From contig OX597823.1 of assembly GCA_951406725.2 (NCBI GenBank), forward strand, positions 58,838,001 through 58,902,000: a DNA stretch of 64,000 bases, given 5' to 3'. The translations under genes were made by a program, and so were the position numbers. Source of the stretch: Octopus vulgaris (taxonomy: Eukaryota). The notes under the pieces are model-generated. The model was not told where the DNA came from. It searched no databases and worked only from the letters and a program-made list of their open reading frames with translations. Every line of letters begins with the position of its first letter. The stretch's first letter is position 1. Below, in pieces: positions 1 to 13,211 of this stretch.

Positions 1-115
1 CTGCCAGCTTGAGGCATTTTGTGCTAAGGAATATGTCAGCTCCCTGACTTTACTTTGCTAGATAAAGTGGCAAAAACCAACTTTAAATTTCATTTCACAT
101 TCTTAAAAGCGAATA

Positions 116-511
116 TCTTTATATATAAAAGAGAGGTTGTGTGCTGTCTGTCTCCTACGATTTAGATTCCTAACTACTCCCACATTTTGCGGTGCAGTTT
201 AACCAAAACCGGGTATCTTATAGTCGTGATTCATATCGAGCCCTTCTGGGTATTAGCGCGCGTCTACGATGAGTCTACGATCAAAAAAAAAAAATTACCA
301 TAAATTTTTCCCATTTTTAATGCATTTTTGGCATATATAAGGGAAGTAACTCTCTAAAAAATTATTATTAAATCTCAGAACGTAAAAAGCTACAGTAACA
401 CCCCCCTTTGTGGTTAGCCATATTGTGATGGCTATTATACTTTACATCTCTAAAAATGCTTATATAGTTATTTCCCTTACAAACCCGAGCAACGCCGGGC
501 AATACTGCTAG
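116..511 (+). mobile_element. Non-autonomous Helitron
   Basis: Begins TC (TCTTTATATATAAAA) after an A. Ends CTAG followed by T (A|T target, no TSD). Subterminal GC hairpin CCCGAGCAACGCCGGG at 484-499. Confidence 0.8.
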
Positions 512-694
512 TATTTAATAACGTACTTCGAGGTACGTATGCCTAAAAAACCCGGATGAGCAAACCAATATCATGCTGTTTATCGAAGAGCCATCGAATC
601 AATACTGTTAGGATGTTTCATTCAAGATTGTTCTTTCGATTTCCAGACCGATCGTTGCGTTCCTTTCTTGAGCAAAACACTTCATTTCAAATTA

Positions 695-746
695 TTTCGG
701 GGTCGTAAGATAAGTATCAGTGGAGTACTGGGATCGATATAATCAG
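695..746 (+). mobile_element. SINE family C fragment (central domain)
   Basis: TTTCGGGGTCG..TAAGTATCAG..TACTGGGATCGATATAATC matches the body of the copies at 23708 and 44810. Confidence 0.55.
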
Positions 747-3096
747 ATACCTGGGAGTTTTGTCTTCTTTTTTTTTTTTCATATATGTGGTGACAGCTTG
801 ACGACCAATATGAATAGAGACAGTATAATCAGGTTTGAGCATCTTTTCTGTTGCTTCTTGCAGAAGAGATACGTTACTAACATGGTCTGAACTGAAAGAT
901 GAGATGTTCGAAAACGTTCGTTGCCATTTCTCGCAACAAACATCCTTTGGTGCTTGTGGTCAGAGCTATTACTATGGCAGCATGTTTGAATAATCCTACA
1001 GCTAGAAAGGTGTATTCACATTTACTAGTGCGGGCGCGCGCGCGCGCGCGCGTGTGTGTGTGTATGTGTGTGTGTGTCTATGTGTGTGCTTATGCACATA
1101 AGAAAAATATATAAACATATATCTAGTTTTTCTGTTTAACAGTCTATCAATTATATGATTTCTCCTCAACTTTCGTATATATCATACGTCCGTGTGTATT
1201 CTATTTCCTCTTGTTTATCTTACATTTTTGTACAATACATATAATCCGCTTAATTCTTTATCATTATCATCTATCTATCAATCAATCAATCTATCTATCT
1301 ATCTATCTATCTTTCTATCTATCAATCTATCTATCTATCTATCGAATAATATCGCAATTTTTTTTTGCTTGTGTCCGTCTCATTACAGCCACACGGATAC
1401 CACACACATGCATATCATATAATCACATGACTCCACACATACGCGGGTACATAGCTACATAAATACACTTTCTTTCACCCATCTCTCTCTCTCTTTCTTT
1501 TCCCTTGTCTCTTGTTCTGCATATGTAAAAATTACAGAAATCTCAAGTTTTACTGAATAATTAGATCTGAATTTCGGTTGATCTTATCAATCGAATTTCT
1601 AACCTGATTTTAATTCTCGAATTAGTGCTAAACAATTTAATTACTGCAGTAACTTTCTATTTACACGTAATTTCTCATTTGATTTTAAATTGAAGTTTAT
1701 TTATACCTGAGTTCTCTAAATAACAATGAAAAGGTGTATATAGATAATCAAATAAAATTAGTTCTCGAAAACGAAAAGAACAAAAGTTAATATTTATAAA
1801 TTACTAAACAAATCCTCTTTCGGTGAAAATAATGGCTTTTCTCTACTAATTGCCTATATAATCTCAGTTAAGCGAAGATTTTCACTTCAATACATAAAAT
1901 ATGAGACCCCACGCTTCCCTGAGGAATTTTGTTTCAGACATACTGTTACTATTCATTCTAATCCTCATATGAGTTCAGAATATATAATATTGTAAAATAA
2001 AAGAGAAGAATCCAAGGAAACTAGTAATGTTCATCTTCAGTAAGTATAGCTGTAAATAGCTCAAATATGTATGTATTGAGGAAGAAGAGAAGTCTAACGA
2101 TTTGGTTAAAAACCTCTTATGAGAGAGAGAGGGGAGAAGGGGAGAGACAGCAGTAGAAGGAGACGGAGGAGGAGGGAGACAGAGGGGGAGGGAAACAGAA
2201 GGGGAGGCAGAGAGTGGAGGGTAAGAGAGGAGAGGGAGAGAGATGGGAGAGTGTGGTTAATTGGCTATCAGTCGCTGATTCAGATTGAGTAACAATTACA
2301 TTGTGGTCGCTTTACCTCAGGATAAACGTAATTGAGCAGATCAATGATGAAAGCTATTTCAGAGGCGACAATCCCGTTTTATCTCTTAATTTTGAGAATC
2401 CAGAGCTTTCATATTATAAAACCTAACCATTTTTTCAAAAGTCGGTAAATGTGATTTGAAGGTGTTTCAACTGCTATTTCCAGTAGATCAACAGAGCGTG
2501 TAGAGGGTTCCTCGTTCGTTGGAAATTGTCATTTTCTCGTTGTTGATAGTAGTATCCAATACGCTTGTCTCTTTAAAATGGTTGGGTACGATTTGTGGAT
2601 TCTGAAATTCAGGGTTCTATCAAGCTCGACTACTATCACCTACGCACACATATATAGGTGTGTGCTCGTGCGAGTGGTTGAGTGTATACCCGTGTATGCA
2701 AATATAAGTGTATATGATGCGTGTATGAATGTGTGAGTGCGTGGGTATTTGCATTATTGGTGCTTAGCTTCTTTCAACTCTGATCTAGCAGCACCTTGGT
2801 CGAACATGATCCAGCTCAGACCATATCTCCCTTTTTAAGTATCGTAGACTATAATTCTCTAAGGTTAGGTTTTGGTTTACATTCTCCAAAGAAAAAGGCT
2901 AATAGCCATCAAAAATGAAAGATAGAATTAGTTGCTCTTTATAGCATCAGGAGCGACTGGGTTGAGACCCTCTTTTGCCGCTCACACTACTGTCTGTGTG
3001 TAAGAGCGATGAACATTGAATTTGAAGAAGGTCATTGAAAACTTAGTCCTTATTGACTGTAGATGCCAGTAATTTGCACAGTTCGAGGGCTTGAAG

Positions 3097-3155
3097 ACTA
3101 ATCGATTAGCCTCCTCCCACCAAATTTCAAGCCTTGTTGCTACAAAAGAAAGGAT
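3097..3155 (+). mobile_element. SINE family C 3' fragment
   Basis: CTAATCGATTAGCCTCCTCCCACCAAATTTCAAGCCTTGT..AGAAAGGAT resembles the 3' end of 23708-23921. Confidence 0.55.
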
Positions 3156-3167
3156 TATTATTATCAT

Positions 3168-3518
3168 TGATTTGACTCAGGTTTGTTCTTATTCCTGATG
3201 GAATTTAAGTGGTTTGTGGGTTATTACCTGTAACCTTAGATATCTGCAAGCTTTCAACAGTCTTTCTAGTGCTTAAATTCCTCCTGATAATCTTTCCTGT
3301 CCCTAATGGGAAAACTTTCTGAGGAAGATCTACATGATACTCTATTTCAATATCCACCCACCATTTCTCTATAACTTTACTCAGATTTCCTAAGCCAAAA
3401 ATCATTACAGGGACAACCTTCACAGTTATCATACTCCCAATTCTTGTAATTTCATATTTTAAGGGGTTGCATTTTTCTAATTTTTCATTCTCTTTCTTTA
3501 CGATACTGGAAAACGGAC
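3168..3518 (-). mobile_element. R4/Dong-clade non-LTR retrotransposon, 3' fragment (REL endonuclease C-terminus)
   Basis: Translates KKENEKLEKCNPLKYEITRIGSMITVKVVPVMIFGLG...QKVFPLGTGKIIRRNLS, the typical R4-clade C-terminus. TAA repeats on both sides in element orientation. Confidence 0.75.
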
Positions 3519-3590
3519 ATTGTTGTTGTTATTACTATTATTATTATTATTATTATTATTGTTATTATTATTATTATTATTATTATTAAT

Positions 3591-3624
<34 letters not shown>

Positions 3625-3653
3625 GCAACAACAATAATAATAATAATAATAAT

Positions 3654-3723
<70 letters not shown>

Positions 3724-3734
3724 TAAATAATAGT

Positions 3735-4643
3735 ATTTCCTTCCTTCTGAAGTAGATATTTTTGCAGTCCTATGGTGGTTATTTTATAGTAGTTTTCCAG
3801 CTGTATAAGGCCTCTACCACCTTCTATACATTGTATATATAGTCTTTCTATGTCAGATTTTGGGTGATGCATCCTAGGTCCTGTCATTAATTTTCTTGTT
3901 ATCCTATCTATTTTGGTCAGTTCATTTGGTGTCCAGTTAAGGATATTGTAGCTGTAACTTATAACTGGGACAGCTAAAGTGTTAATACCTATTATCTTGT
4001 TTTTAGCATTGAGCTCTGTTTTTAGTATTGATCTAACTCGTCTATAATATTCTTTTTTATTTTCTCTTTCATTTGTGTGTGTTGTGTCTTATCTAGTTCA
4101 TGGATTCCTAAGTATTTGTATGTTTGGCTTTGGTCTAATTCTTTTATTTCATTGGTTTTATCTAGTGTGATGTTGCTACTCTTAACTAGTTTTCCTTTTT
4201 TCATGGTTACTTTGGCGCATTTTTCTAATCCAAATTTCATATCTATTTCTTTGGTAAATCCATGAACTGTCTTTAATGGTATTTCCAGCTGTTTGTCATT
4301 TGCAGCGTATAGTTTTAGGTCATCCATATATAAAAGGTGGCTGATCGTTTTGCCGTAACATTTATATCCGTAACCAGTACTATTTAGCATATCAGATAGA
4401 GGTGACAGTGCCAAGAAGAAAAGGAGTGGAGAGAGCGCGTCTCCCTGGAATATTCCTCTTCTAATGGGGATGGCTTTGGTTTTTATGAGTCCCTCTTTTG
4501 TTTGGAGCTTTTATTCATAGAGTGTCCTTTGAATTTTATAATTGTTGGTGTTACTTTGTTAATGGCTAGTGTTTCGAGGATCCATGTGTGGGGGGTGCTA
4601 TCAAACGCCTTTTTGTAGTGGATCCAGGCCATACTGAGGCATT
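3735..4643 (-). mobile_element. R4/Dong-clade reverse transcriptase fragment (pseudogenic)
   Basis: Motifs LSMAWIHYKKAFDSTPHTW, RGIFQGDALSPLLF, ISHLLYMDDLKLYA, MKFGLEKCA, YKYLG and HHPKSDIERLY..GGRGL. Contains frameshifts and an internal deletion. Confidence 0.9.
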
Positions 4644-4656
4644 TCTTCTTCTTCTT

Positions 4657-4749
<93 letters not shown>

Positions 4750-5732
4750 TGCTGTCGAAGAAGAAAGATCGGTATAGTTGCGTCGAGGTGGTGGGGCACG
4801 ATTTCTAGTACACTGTTCAGTGAATAAATGAATATTTCATAGGAATCTTGTTTGCAAGTGTATGAGACTTGGATGGGAAAGATTAGGGAGTTTTTAAGTG
4901 CAATGCAATATATTTAATGATGAGCGATGTTGTATGGAACGGTAAACAGACCACTGACTTGTATGAACAAAGGAAAGTGAGTAGAAGAAAATATAATCCG
5001 GAGATTATTCACATGTTGGCAGACCATTGTATTTAGATGTATGATAGTCAATTTTACAGTTTGGAGAAGACATCCAGAATCTTCTGTTCTTCTGAGCAAA
5101 ACATATGCACATTCACATATACACATAAGTCTTAAGTACTATATATGCATATATATATATTTATATATGAAATATATATATATATTTACATGTACATACA
5201 CATAAAATTTGTTTTTAGTAGGTAAAACTATTTGTGAGGTCGAAATTAATGCTTCAAAAGACATATAATACATTCAAACGAGTTATTTTTAAGGAATTTA
5301 ACAATAATACACATTATAAAAAAATATAATAAATATATTTAAAAATGAAAAAATACATAAAATAAAACAGCTGAAATCAAGAAGTAACAACATTGTATAT
5401 CTTTAAATAAAACTCATCTAAAGAATGCGAAATTGAAAATGAATCTAGAAATTTTGAATTGAAATAGCTGTCATTTTGAACACTAGTTAACATGTTTCAA
5501 TAAACAAATAGAATGTCTTTTAATTTTTAGAAAAATATTTTCTTGTAGATCAATGATCTTTGAGAATAAATTGATTGTACTACTTAACACCAGCTACTGT
5601 TTATGACTCACTCTATGGCCAGGTTATGATTGGCAAATATGTCAAATAGATGTACAAAAGATATCAGGCTACGAATTATAAATCGATAAATTGATATCAC
5701 ATTGTGTCAAAGCAATCTATTGAAATATATCC

Positions 5733-5878
<146 letters not shown>

Positions 5879-6069
5879 GTACATATATATATGTATATAT
5901 ATATATGTATGTATGTATGCATGGATGTATGTACAAACATCAATTTATATATATATATATATACACACTATTTTCTTTAACAATTACTTTATTTAAAAAT
6001 ATATACATATATGTGTATGGATACTATCACATATATACTATATATATAGTACGTATACTATATATAATA

Positions 6070-6114
<45 letters not shown>

Positions 6115-8957
6115 ATTTTATTGTGTTGTTAAAGATTTTGAAGCACATTTTGTGTACGTATTTCTGAATATACGTGTGTATAGGTATATATGTATAATAC
6201 ACGCATATATCTGAATATACATACCGATATTTGTTTATTTGTATACGGGCGTATATATGTTTACACACTTTCTGGGTGAGTGATATATAAGTTTACGAGT
6301 GTATGCTTATGTATATTATACATTTCTGTTTTTTATTCACAGAATATTGTCTACACAAGGTGACACTTTCAGTGTGTCGTTTATTTATTTCTTATTTTAT
6401 TATCTTTTCATCATATCTAAAATAAGAAACCATTATTTCAATTTTTTTATGAAAATGTTAGAATTCATTATTTTTATCAAATGGTTGAGTCATTTGACAC
6501 GTTTACATTTTCAATATTTTTCTCATAATTTTGTAACGCATATAAAAAAAAAATAAAGTAAAATAACGATAAGTCAGTGTTTATTCTAGAATACTTGAAT
6601 GTAGTTAAATTAGGATTTGTAGTTTATTAGTATACGGCAATGTTTTGAACAAGGCTCAGATGCTCCCCCAACCGTCGTATGTATTGCATTGGCGGAGTGA
6701 CAGTTATTTTTTCTTCCTTTTGGCTATCCCGTGTTTACCGCATTTTGCAGAGGTCTCTTATTTTAGCTGAGGCGATTAAGATATTCATTTTAATGAAAAG
6801 TTGCTGCCTATAATATTGAAACTCATCACAATTAACCGAGTCCCAAATGACTCTTTTTCCGAAAACGAAAAGGCTTGTGATCAGAAAAGGAATTTCAACT
6901 CATAATGCAGAAAGCCAGAGCAGATATTGCAAGATTCGTTTCTCGTTCAAAATCTCCAATCCACAATTTCAGACTGAGGCTTTATTTATCCAACACGAAA
7001 GGATGAGAAGTCACGTTCACCCAGAATGCCAAAACGTTTACTGGTATGTATTCTAACGTGTTAACGTCTCTGCTAATTAACCACATGTTGTTGAAATTAC
7101 AAACAGGAAATGATTAAATGGTTACGAGGGCAAAAGAAATAAAAGATGATTTTAATTGATTCATTGGATTAACTCATTTGTTTTTAATACTTGATGGGTT
7201 GGTTTAAACGTAGAACATGAGGAAATCTAACTAAAAGCCCACCACGTATGCCGGATTAGAGCATCTCACGTCTCTTCCCGTTTGTCACTGTTCATTGTGA
7301 GATGTAGTACATATAAATATGCCCGTACCCACCTCTTGTGCAGGATGATATAAAACGAAGAAAAAAAGAAACAGACAACGTTTTTGCGATATTCCTTCTC
7401 AAGCTCGTTGTAATATTCTAGCACCCTTTTTACAAAATTTCTGGCATTAGTGTGTATCCTATAATCTAATTCTATTTGACTTTAGGTTAATTGTACTATA
7501 TTCTATAGCATTTACACTACATACGTGTAAGTTTGTTTACTAATTATTGTTTCTTCATTTGAACGACTGAATTTACTCTCATCCTCGTCCTCTTGCTGCG
7601 ACCTAGAAGTCTTTCAGTCGGGTTCGCTTATTGCTGTTTATTGTATCCTCATCCTCATTTTCTCCAATATTCCTCATCTCATTTCATTGTTATAAAATGA
7701 TAGACGGTACTATTGTTTGCTTGGGAACATATTCTTCCGCCTATCTCAGAAATAAAATTAGTATTTCATATTGGCTTCAGTACTGGAGAACCCGATAAAA
7801 AATTGATGCGTACTTGGCCGAAAAGAAAGCAGTTTGCCCTCTGTTGATTCAGTCTAATCCACCACAAACATTTCCCGCCTTAGGCACGAAACATAATAAT
7901 ATGGTCTACGGTGGCAGGGAGATCTTCACGATGGAGACGGCTGAAGGCAGATCTGTCTTATATGCGATGACAGCTATTTGACAGAACGCCTGAAGTCAGT
8001 AAGGCTCGAGTATTGCGTGCTCTTACCCACTTCTAATATTCTATAGAAACTCATGGTGGAAAATCTACCAACGGCATTGCTCGATTAGTTTGGCAAATGT
8101 CTATGAGAGTCTGACGACATTAGTACCGACATCCTGCGATGGTCTACGCTTCGTTCACGAATTCAATTTTATAAGAGAGATGAGCTGCAGGGATGCGCGT
8201 CTGACAAAAGTCGACCACATTTATTCACAGTGAAAGCGAAGATACTGTGGAGACATTTAGCGCATAACTCTGCGCAGTGTATGTTGACATCAAATGGACC
8301 AGCTGACTACTGGAACACGAACCTCTTCCTAGAAAGTGGGTTAGGGTTAGCGTTTCATTTTGGTCGGTCATGCAGCAGAGCAGGGCACGACGATCAGTCG
8401 TTAGAAGATGACATGTAGATTCACAACCTTCATCCATCTTTCACGGACAGTTTCCTCCTGACCCATTTCTGGGTGAATGTAGCCACACTGCGCGTTACAT
8501 CTTCCAGTTCTTGACCACCTACATGACTGGACCAAATAAAACACGAACAATGTAACCAGTCCGTCCATCCAGCGTCACATTTAGCCTAAATTTTCCATTT
8601 GTTTTACTTTTCGTCCAGTAACTTCCACCTCTCCACCATTCTATGGCCCCTTGAAACATAATTGGGATGGCCTGGATCTGCTTCTACAAGCGCCGAGCTA
8701 TAGGCGTAATGACTTCTTGTTGTTAATTTTTGCTACTGTCACCACCTCATGGCGGGAAAATATTTTGAAATATTCGTCGGAGAAAGGTCGACAACACACT
8801 ATTACACTGCCTTGTGGTTAATGGATATAAGAGAGAAAAATAAACGAAGACATAGAAAGAGAAAAGATGAAGGATATAGAGGGGAAGGAGGAGGTGAAGT
8901 AACAAAGGAAGCGAAAATAAGAAAAAGGAAACGAAGAGGAAGTTGAAGAAGAGGCGC

Positions 8958-9033
<76 letters not shown>

Positions 9034-9079
9034 TTAGTAGTAGTAGAAGAAGAAGAAGAAGAAGAAGAAGAAGAAGAAG

Positions 9080-9108
<29 letters not shown>
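8958..9108. repeat. Compound (AGT)n(AGA)n microsatellite
   Basis: Seen directly in the sequence. Confidence 0.95.
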
Positions 9109-9110
<2 letters not shown>

Positions 9111-9515
9111 GAAAAAGAATTGTAATGAGAAGTAATTAGTAAATTATGTCTCGAAAGACCACAGACTGGAGAGGTGGGAGTTGGAGAAAAAGTAACACAA
9201 ATGGAAATTTTAGGCTAAAACAGTGAGGCATGTCGTGTTCAGATAAAGTTAGGCTTCCGAGAAAACCAAAATTAATGTAAAACTTACTAGACTAAAGGAA
9301 AGGGGATGGGATAAATGTTTAATTAATGGTAGTTAAAAATGAAAATAAAGTAAAATTACTTGTGCGGTTATGAAGAGAATAACTAATTCGATAAACAGTA
9401 GAAAACTCATAACAGAATATGATTGTGCGAAACAGAATAACAGCAAATGTAACTTTATAAAAAGGAAATGAAAATGAATCATCGTATTTTTCTGTATACA
9501 AATCAACGTAGGATA

Positions 9516-9930
9516 TACTCTTTACTCTTTTACTTGTTTCAGTCATTTGGCTGCGGCCATGCTGGAGCACCGCCTTTAGTCGAGCAACTCGACTCCGGGA
9601 CTTATTCTTTTTTTTTTGTAAGCCTAGTACTTATTCTATCGGTCTCTTTTTGCCGAACCGCTAAGTGAAGGGGACGTAAACACACCAGCATCGGTTGTCA
9701 AGCAATGCTAGGGGAACAAACACAGACACACAAACACACACACACTTACCTATATATACATATATACGACAGGCTTCTTTCAGTTTCCGTCTACCAAATC
9801 AACTCACAAGGCATTGGTCGGCCTGGGGCTATAGCAGAAGACACTTGCCCAAGATGCCACGCAGTGGGACTGAACCCGGAACCATGTGGTTGGTTAGCAA
9901 GCTACTTACCACACAGCCACTCCTGCGCCT
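9516..9930 (-). mobile_element. tRNA-derived SINE family A, full length (octopus OK/OR-type)
   Basis: Minus-strand head GGCGCAGGAGTGGCTGTGTGGTAAG (A box) ... GGTTCAGTCCC (B box). Internal (TA)/(TG) tract and AAAGAGTA-repeat tail. Probable TSD TAGGATATA at 9509-9517 and 9934-9942. Confidence 0.9.
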
Positions 9931-11598
9931 ATATAGGATATAGTGCAAACGTGTAGAGAGAACTTTCAAATGTCATCACTTTCTTCTCAAATCCGACTGC
10001 GTTCCACATGAAATCTTTGATCTTCTAAAGTTGTTTTGTTGTATAAGCCAACCTTTAGTTTTGGCTGTAAATTTGGGTCAGGAAAAAATCGACTTGTGTG
10101 CCGGAATGATTGAAGTGCTCAAGGAACAAAGGCGTGAGAAAGGGAGCTCACTTGAGGATTAAGATGTAAAAGCGTCGACCAATAAAGGTAGGGAATTGAG
10201 TCACAGTATGTAAATATTTAATTGAAAGCCGTGTAATAACTAAGTCTAGCGTCCTATAGAGACTATACAACGTGAATTACTTGGTATCTCTGGAGCAATA
10301 TTCTGGTTTGTAGAGTTAATGTTTTGAGGCTCTGTCTTTACGTGAGGACATTCCTTTCCTTATTTAGTGCATTGATCTTAGGAAGCAACAGTAGTTAACC
10401 CAATAGCGAGACAAAATGCCTTATTCCTTTGAAAAGCCTCAATACGTGTGAAACATATGGCCATGTGTGAAGAATCCTTTTATATTATGTTAATGCTGCA
10501 TATATTATTCACGATATTTAACCACTTGAATATTTTAATGTAGAATGTACTCTAGTCTATAATTGTTTTACACACACACACATACACACACACGCACACA
10601 CACACTCACACACATGTATATATATATATACATAATACTACTTTAACAATATTTGTTACTTTAGTATTCTGTATCGGAAGTATGTATTGATCTACTTTAT
10701 TTTCCTTTCCTATAAGACTGATATGCCTAGTAGCAGTAATATGATCAATGTTATTTTAGCTTCTCTGCTCTGGTCATATAAAAATTTGGCCTCACGCCTA
10801 GTCTAAATAAATCGATATTGATTTTTACAAATATTCTCTCCAAAATTCCTCATTAGATTTATGAAAGGAACTAGAAGTTATAGAAGTTGAAATTGATTCC
10901 TTCTATTATAAGTTTTCATTCTGCACAAATTACACCTTAAGAATAGAAATACAATTTGTTTGGAGTATGTTTAGATCAGTCTTTGCACAAAGTTCCTAAT
11001 TAAATTCAAAATATTTCTTGCTTCACTGAATATTATATGGACTGAATCTATACAAATTCTTGACCTTTCAAAACATGTCTGGCCTAAGATTTACCACTGC
11101 CTTTGTAAACATTGGTTTTGGCGATTAGAATCGCAAATGCCGACTTTGTATTCACTTCATTAAATTTATTCTTCCACATGGCTTCTCAGGATAGTGCAGA
11201 ATGCTTTCTATTATTTAATCATTGCAGGAGAAAGAAGAATAATAATAAGGTTGTTTTTACATTATTTATTTTTCAATACAGCTATAGTTTATGCATGTCT
11301 TTACGCTTTGTTCTTGTCAGGGTAATTCTTGTTTTTTTTTCTTTTAATGAAATCATAAATGATTAATCTTCTCCGCCTGAGTAATCATGTAGATCAGAGG
11401 TCGGAGGTCAGAGGTCAAAGTACCAAGGATAAACATTAACGTCCTCTTTGACCAACTGTGATTTCGCTATTTAGTTCATTCTTTCATTTCATAGATTTGA
11501 AAATATTCGAGATATAGTAGTTGTTTCTGTTGTTGCTTAACCTTGGGTCGTCTCTAATTTTGCAGACCTCTGACCAAAGGCTTTCCAGCTACGACCAT

Positions 11599-11705
<107 letters not shown>

Positions 11706-12269
11706 AATGGTAGGGGTAAAAGATTTGGAAGTTGTCATTAGGTGCAATTTGATAGATGGTGCAAATTCTATCCTGGTATATCAAACGTGATAATTAAAAT
11801 GGAAGCGCCAAGTGCTTTTGTGTTCTGAACCCTAAAACTCTGTTATTCTTCTGATTTGAATGAATTTTTGGCAGTTTCTTTTAGTGGGTTGTGAGATCAT
11901 GTTAAACAGCCTATTTGGCTTGATATCTCTAATATGTTATTTATGTTTCGTCCAAGCTGAAACATGCATATGATCAAAACAATTACAAGCATGAGCATCC
12001 CAGATTTTCTAAATGTTATGTATAACATTTTGGCTATATTTTCTACAGAGTCCTTTGGGCTATATTAGGGCTATATTTTATATATTTGGACTATATAGGG
12101 CTATATATGTGGGTTATATTAGAGAGCTATATTTTCTATAGAATCCTTTCCATTACGAAGGCAATAGGGAATGATTTAAGAGAGATTTGACTGCAATTTT
12201 TAGCAAGTCAAGAGACCAAATGCAATTTGAGATCCTGATTGCGGTGACAGAAGTTAAGATGTATTTAAT

Positions 12270-12600
12270 GGTGGTGATAGAGGAGATAGTGGGAGCGTTG
12301 GTGGTATGGTGGGAGTAACGGAGATAGTGGTGGAAGCATAAGTGTTGGTGGTTGCGGTGGTAGCATTGGTAGCGGTGAAGGTAATTGTGATAATAGTGGT
12401 CGTTACTGTAGTTGGGGTTGTGGTGGTGATTGTGATAGATGTTGCAGCTGTGGTTGTGGTTGTGATATTGGACAGAGTTGTTGTGGTCGTGGCCGTGGGG
12501 ATTGTGTTAGTGGCAGTTCTTGTTGAAGTGGTGATTTTAATATTGGCACTGTCTTTGGTGTTAGTGTTGTTGGTTATTGTGTTAGTTCAAGTGATAAGGT
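12270..12600. repeat. Degenerate (GTG/GTT/GTA)n low-complexity tract
   Basis: Decayed trinucleotide repeat that produces the Val-rich ORF 12342-12611. Confidence 0.8.
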
Positions 12601-13211
12601 GTATTGTCTGAACATTCGTTCAAATCTTTCAACGGACTCTAACGAACGTCATTTCTAGCTATCAAGTGTACGCGTGAAGAAAGTGGTTTCAACCTTATGT
12701 AGATTATAGACAAACATCTACTATCATAAAAAGGACATCTTGGTTAGTGTTCTATAAGTTGTTTGAAATGATGAAGGGATGGATATAACTGGAATTCCTT
12801 TAAGTTTACTTGATCAAGGATGACTTAAGGCTAGACAACAATAATATAAACCATAAATATTTTTTTACACAGTTGCACGACCTGCAAAAGGTAACAACCA
12901 ATTCTTTCTCAAATCATACTATATTGTCTACAAAAATAGAAGGCCATAATGAACAATTAGTTCTTCATATATATGAATACATCGTAACTGGAAAGGATTT
13001 ATAATAGACCTGCTGATTGAGAATTGACCTGCGGAAAAACAAGGATTATAAGTATAAAATAGAAAACGACTTAATTAGAATTAGTCATAAATCACATTCA
13101 CTTCAGTCACGAATATAAAAACAAAAAAATAGATAAGTGTGGCCTGGTATTAAACATCAGTAACAGCAACATCAACAACAAAAGTAACAGCAACAACAAC
13201 AGCAGCAACAA

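Noticed and set aside
864-1010. Plus-strand exon-like segment after CTTCTTGCAG (RDTLLTWSELKDEMFENVRCHF...)
   Set aside because: The frame ends in a stop, the donor is weak, and no domain is recognisable.
4917-5095. C/D-box snoRNA-like ATGATGA...CTGA, or a mini two-exon ORF with a GTGAGT...TTTTACAG intron
   Set aside because: No terminal stem or properly placed D box. The spliced ORF is only about 30 codons with no homology recognised.
7900-8760. Higher-GC block with faint Gypsy-integrase-like traces (e.g. PFYGPLK)
   Set aside because: Too decayed to assign by eye. Probably an old transposon.
9850-9930. tRNA-like sequences (also at 13212, ~18030-18099 and 23708)
   Set aside because: These are SINE heads continuing into SINE bodies, with no complete cloverleaf.
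12342-12611. Val-rich multi-transmembrane-looking ORF (similarly the Leu-rich 21095-21331)
   Set aside because: Decayed trinucleotide repeat, or antisense of a low-complexity LINE region.
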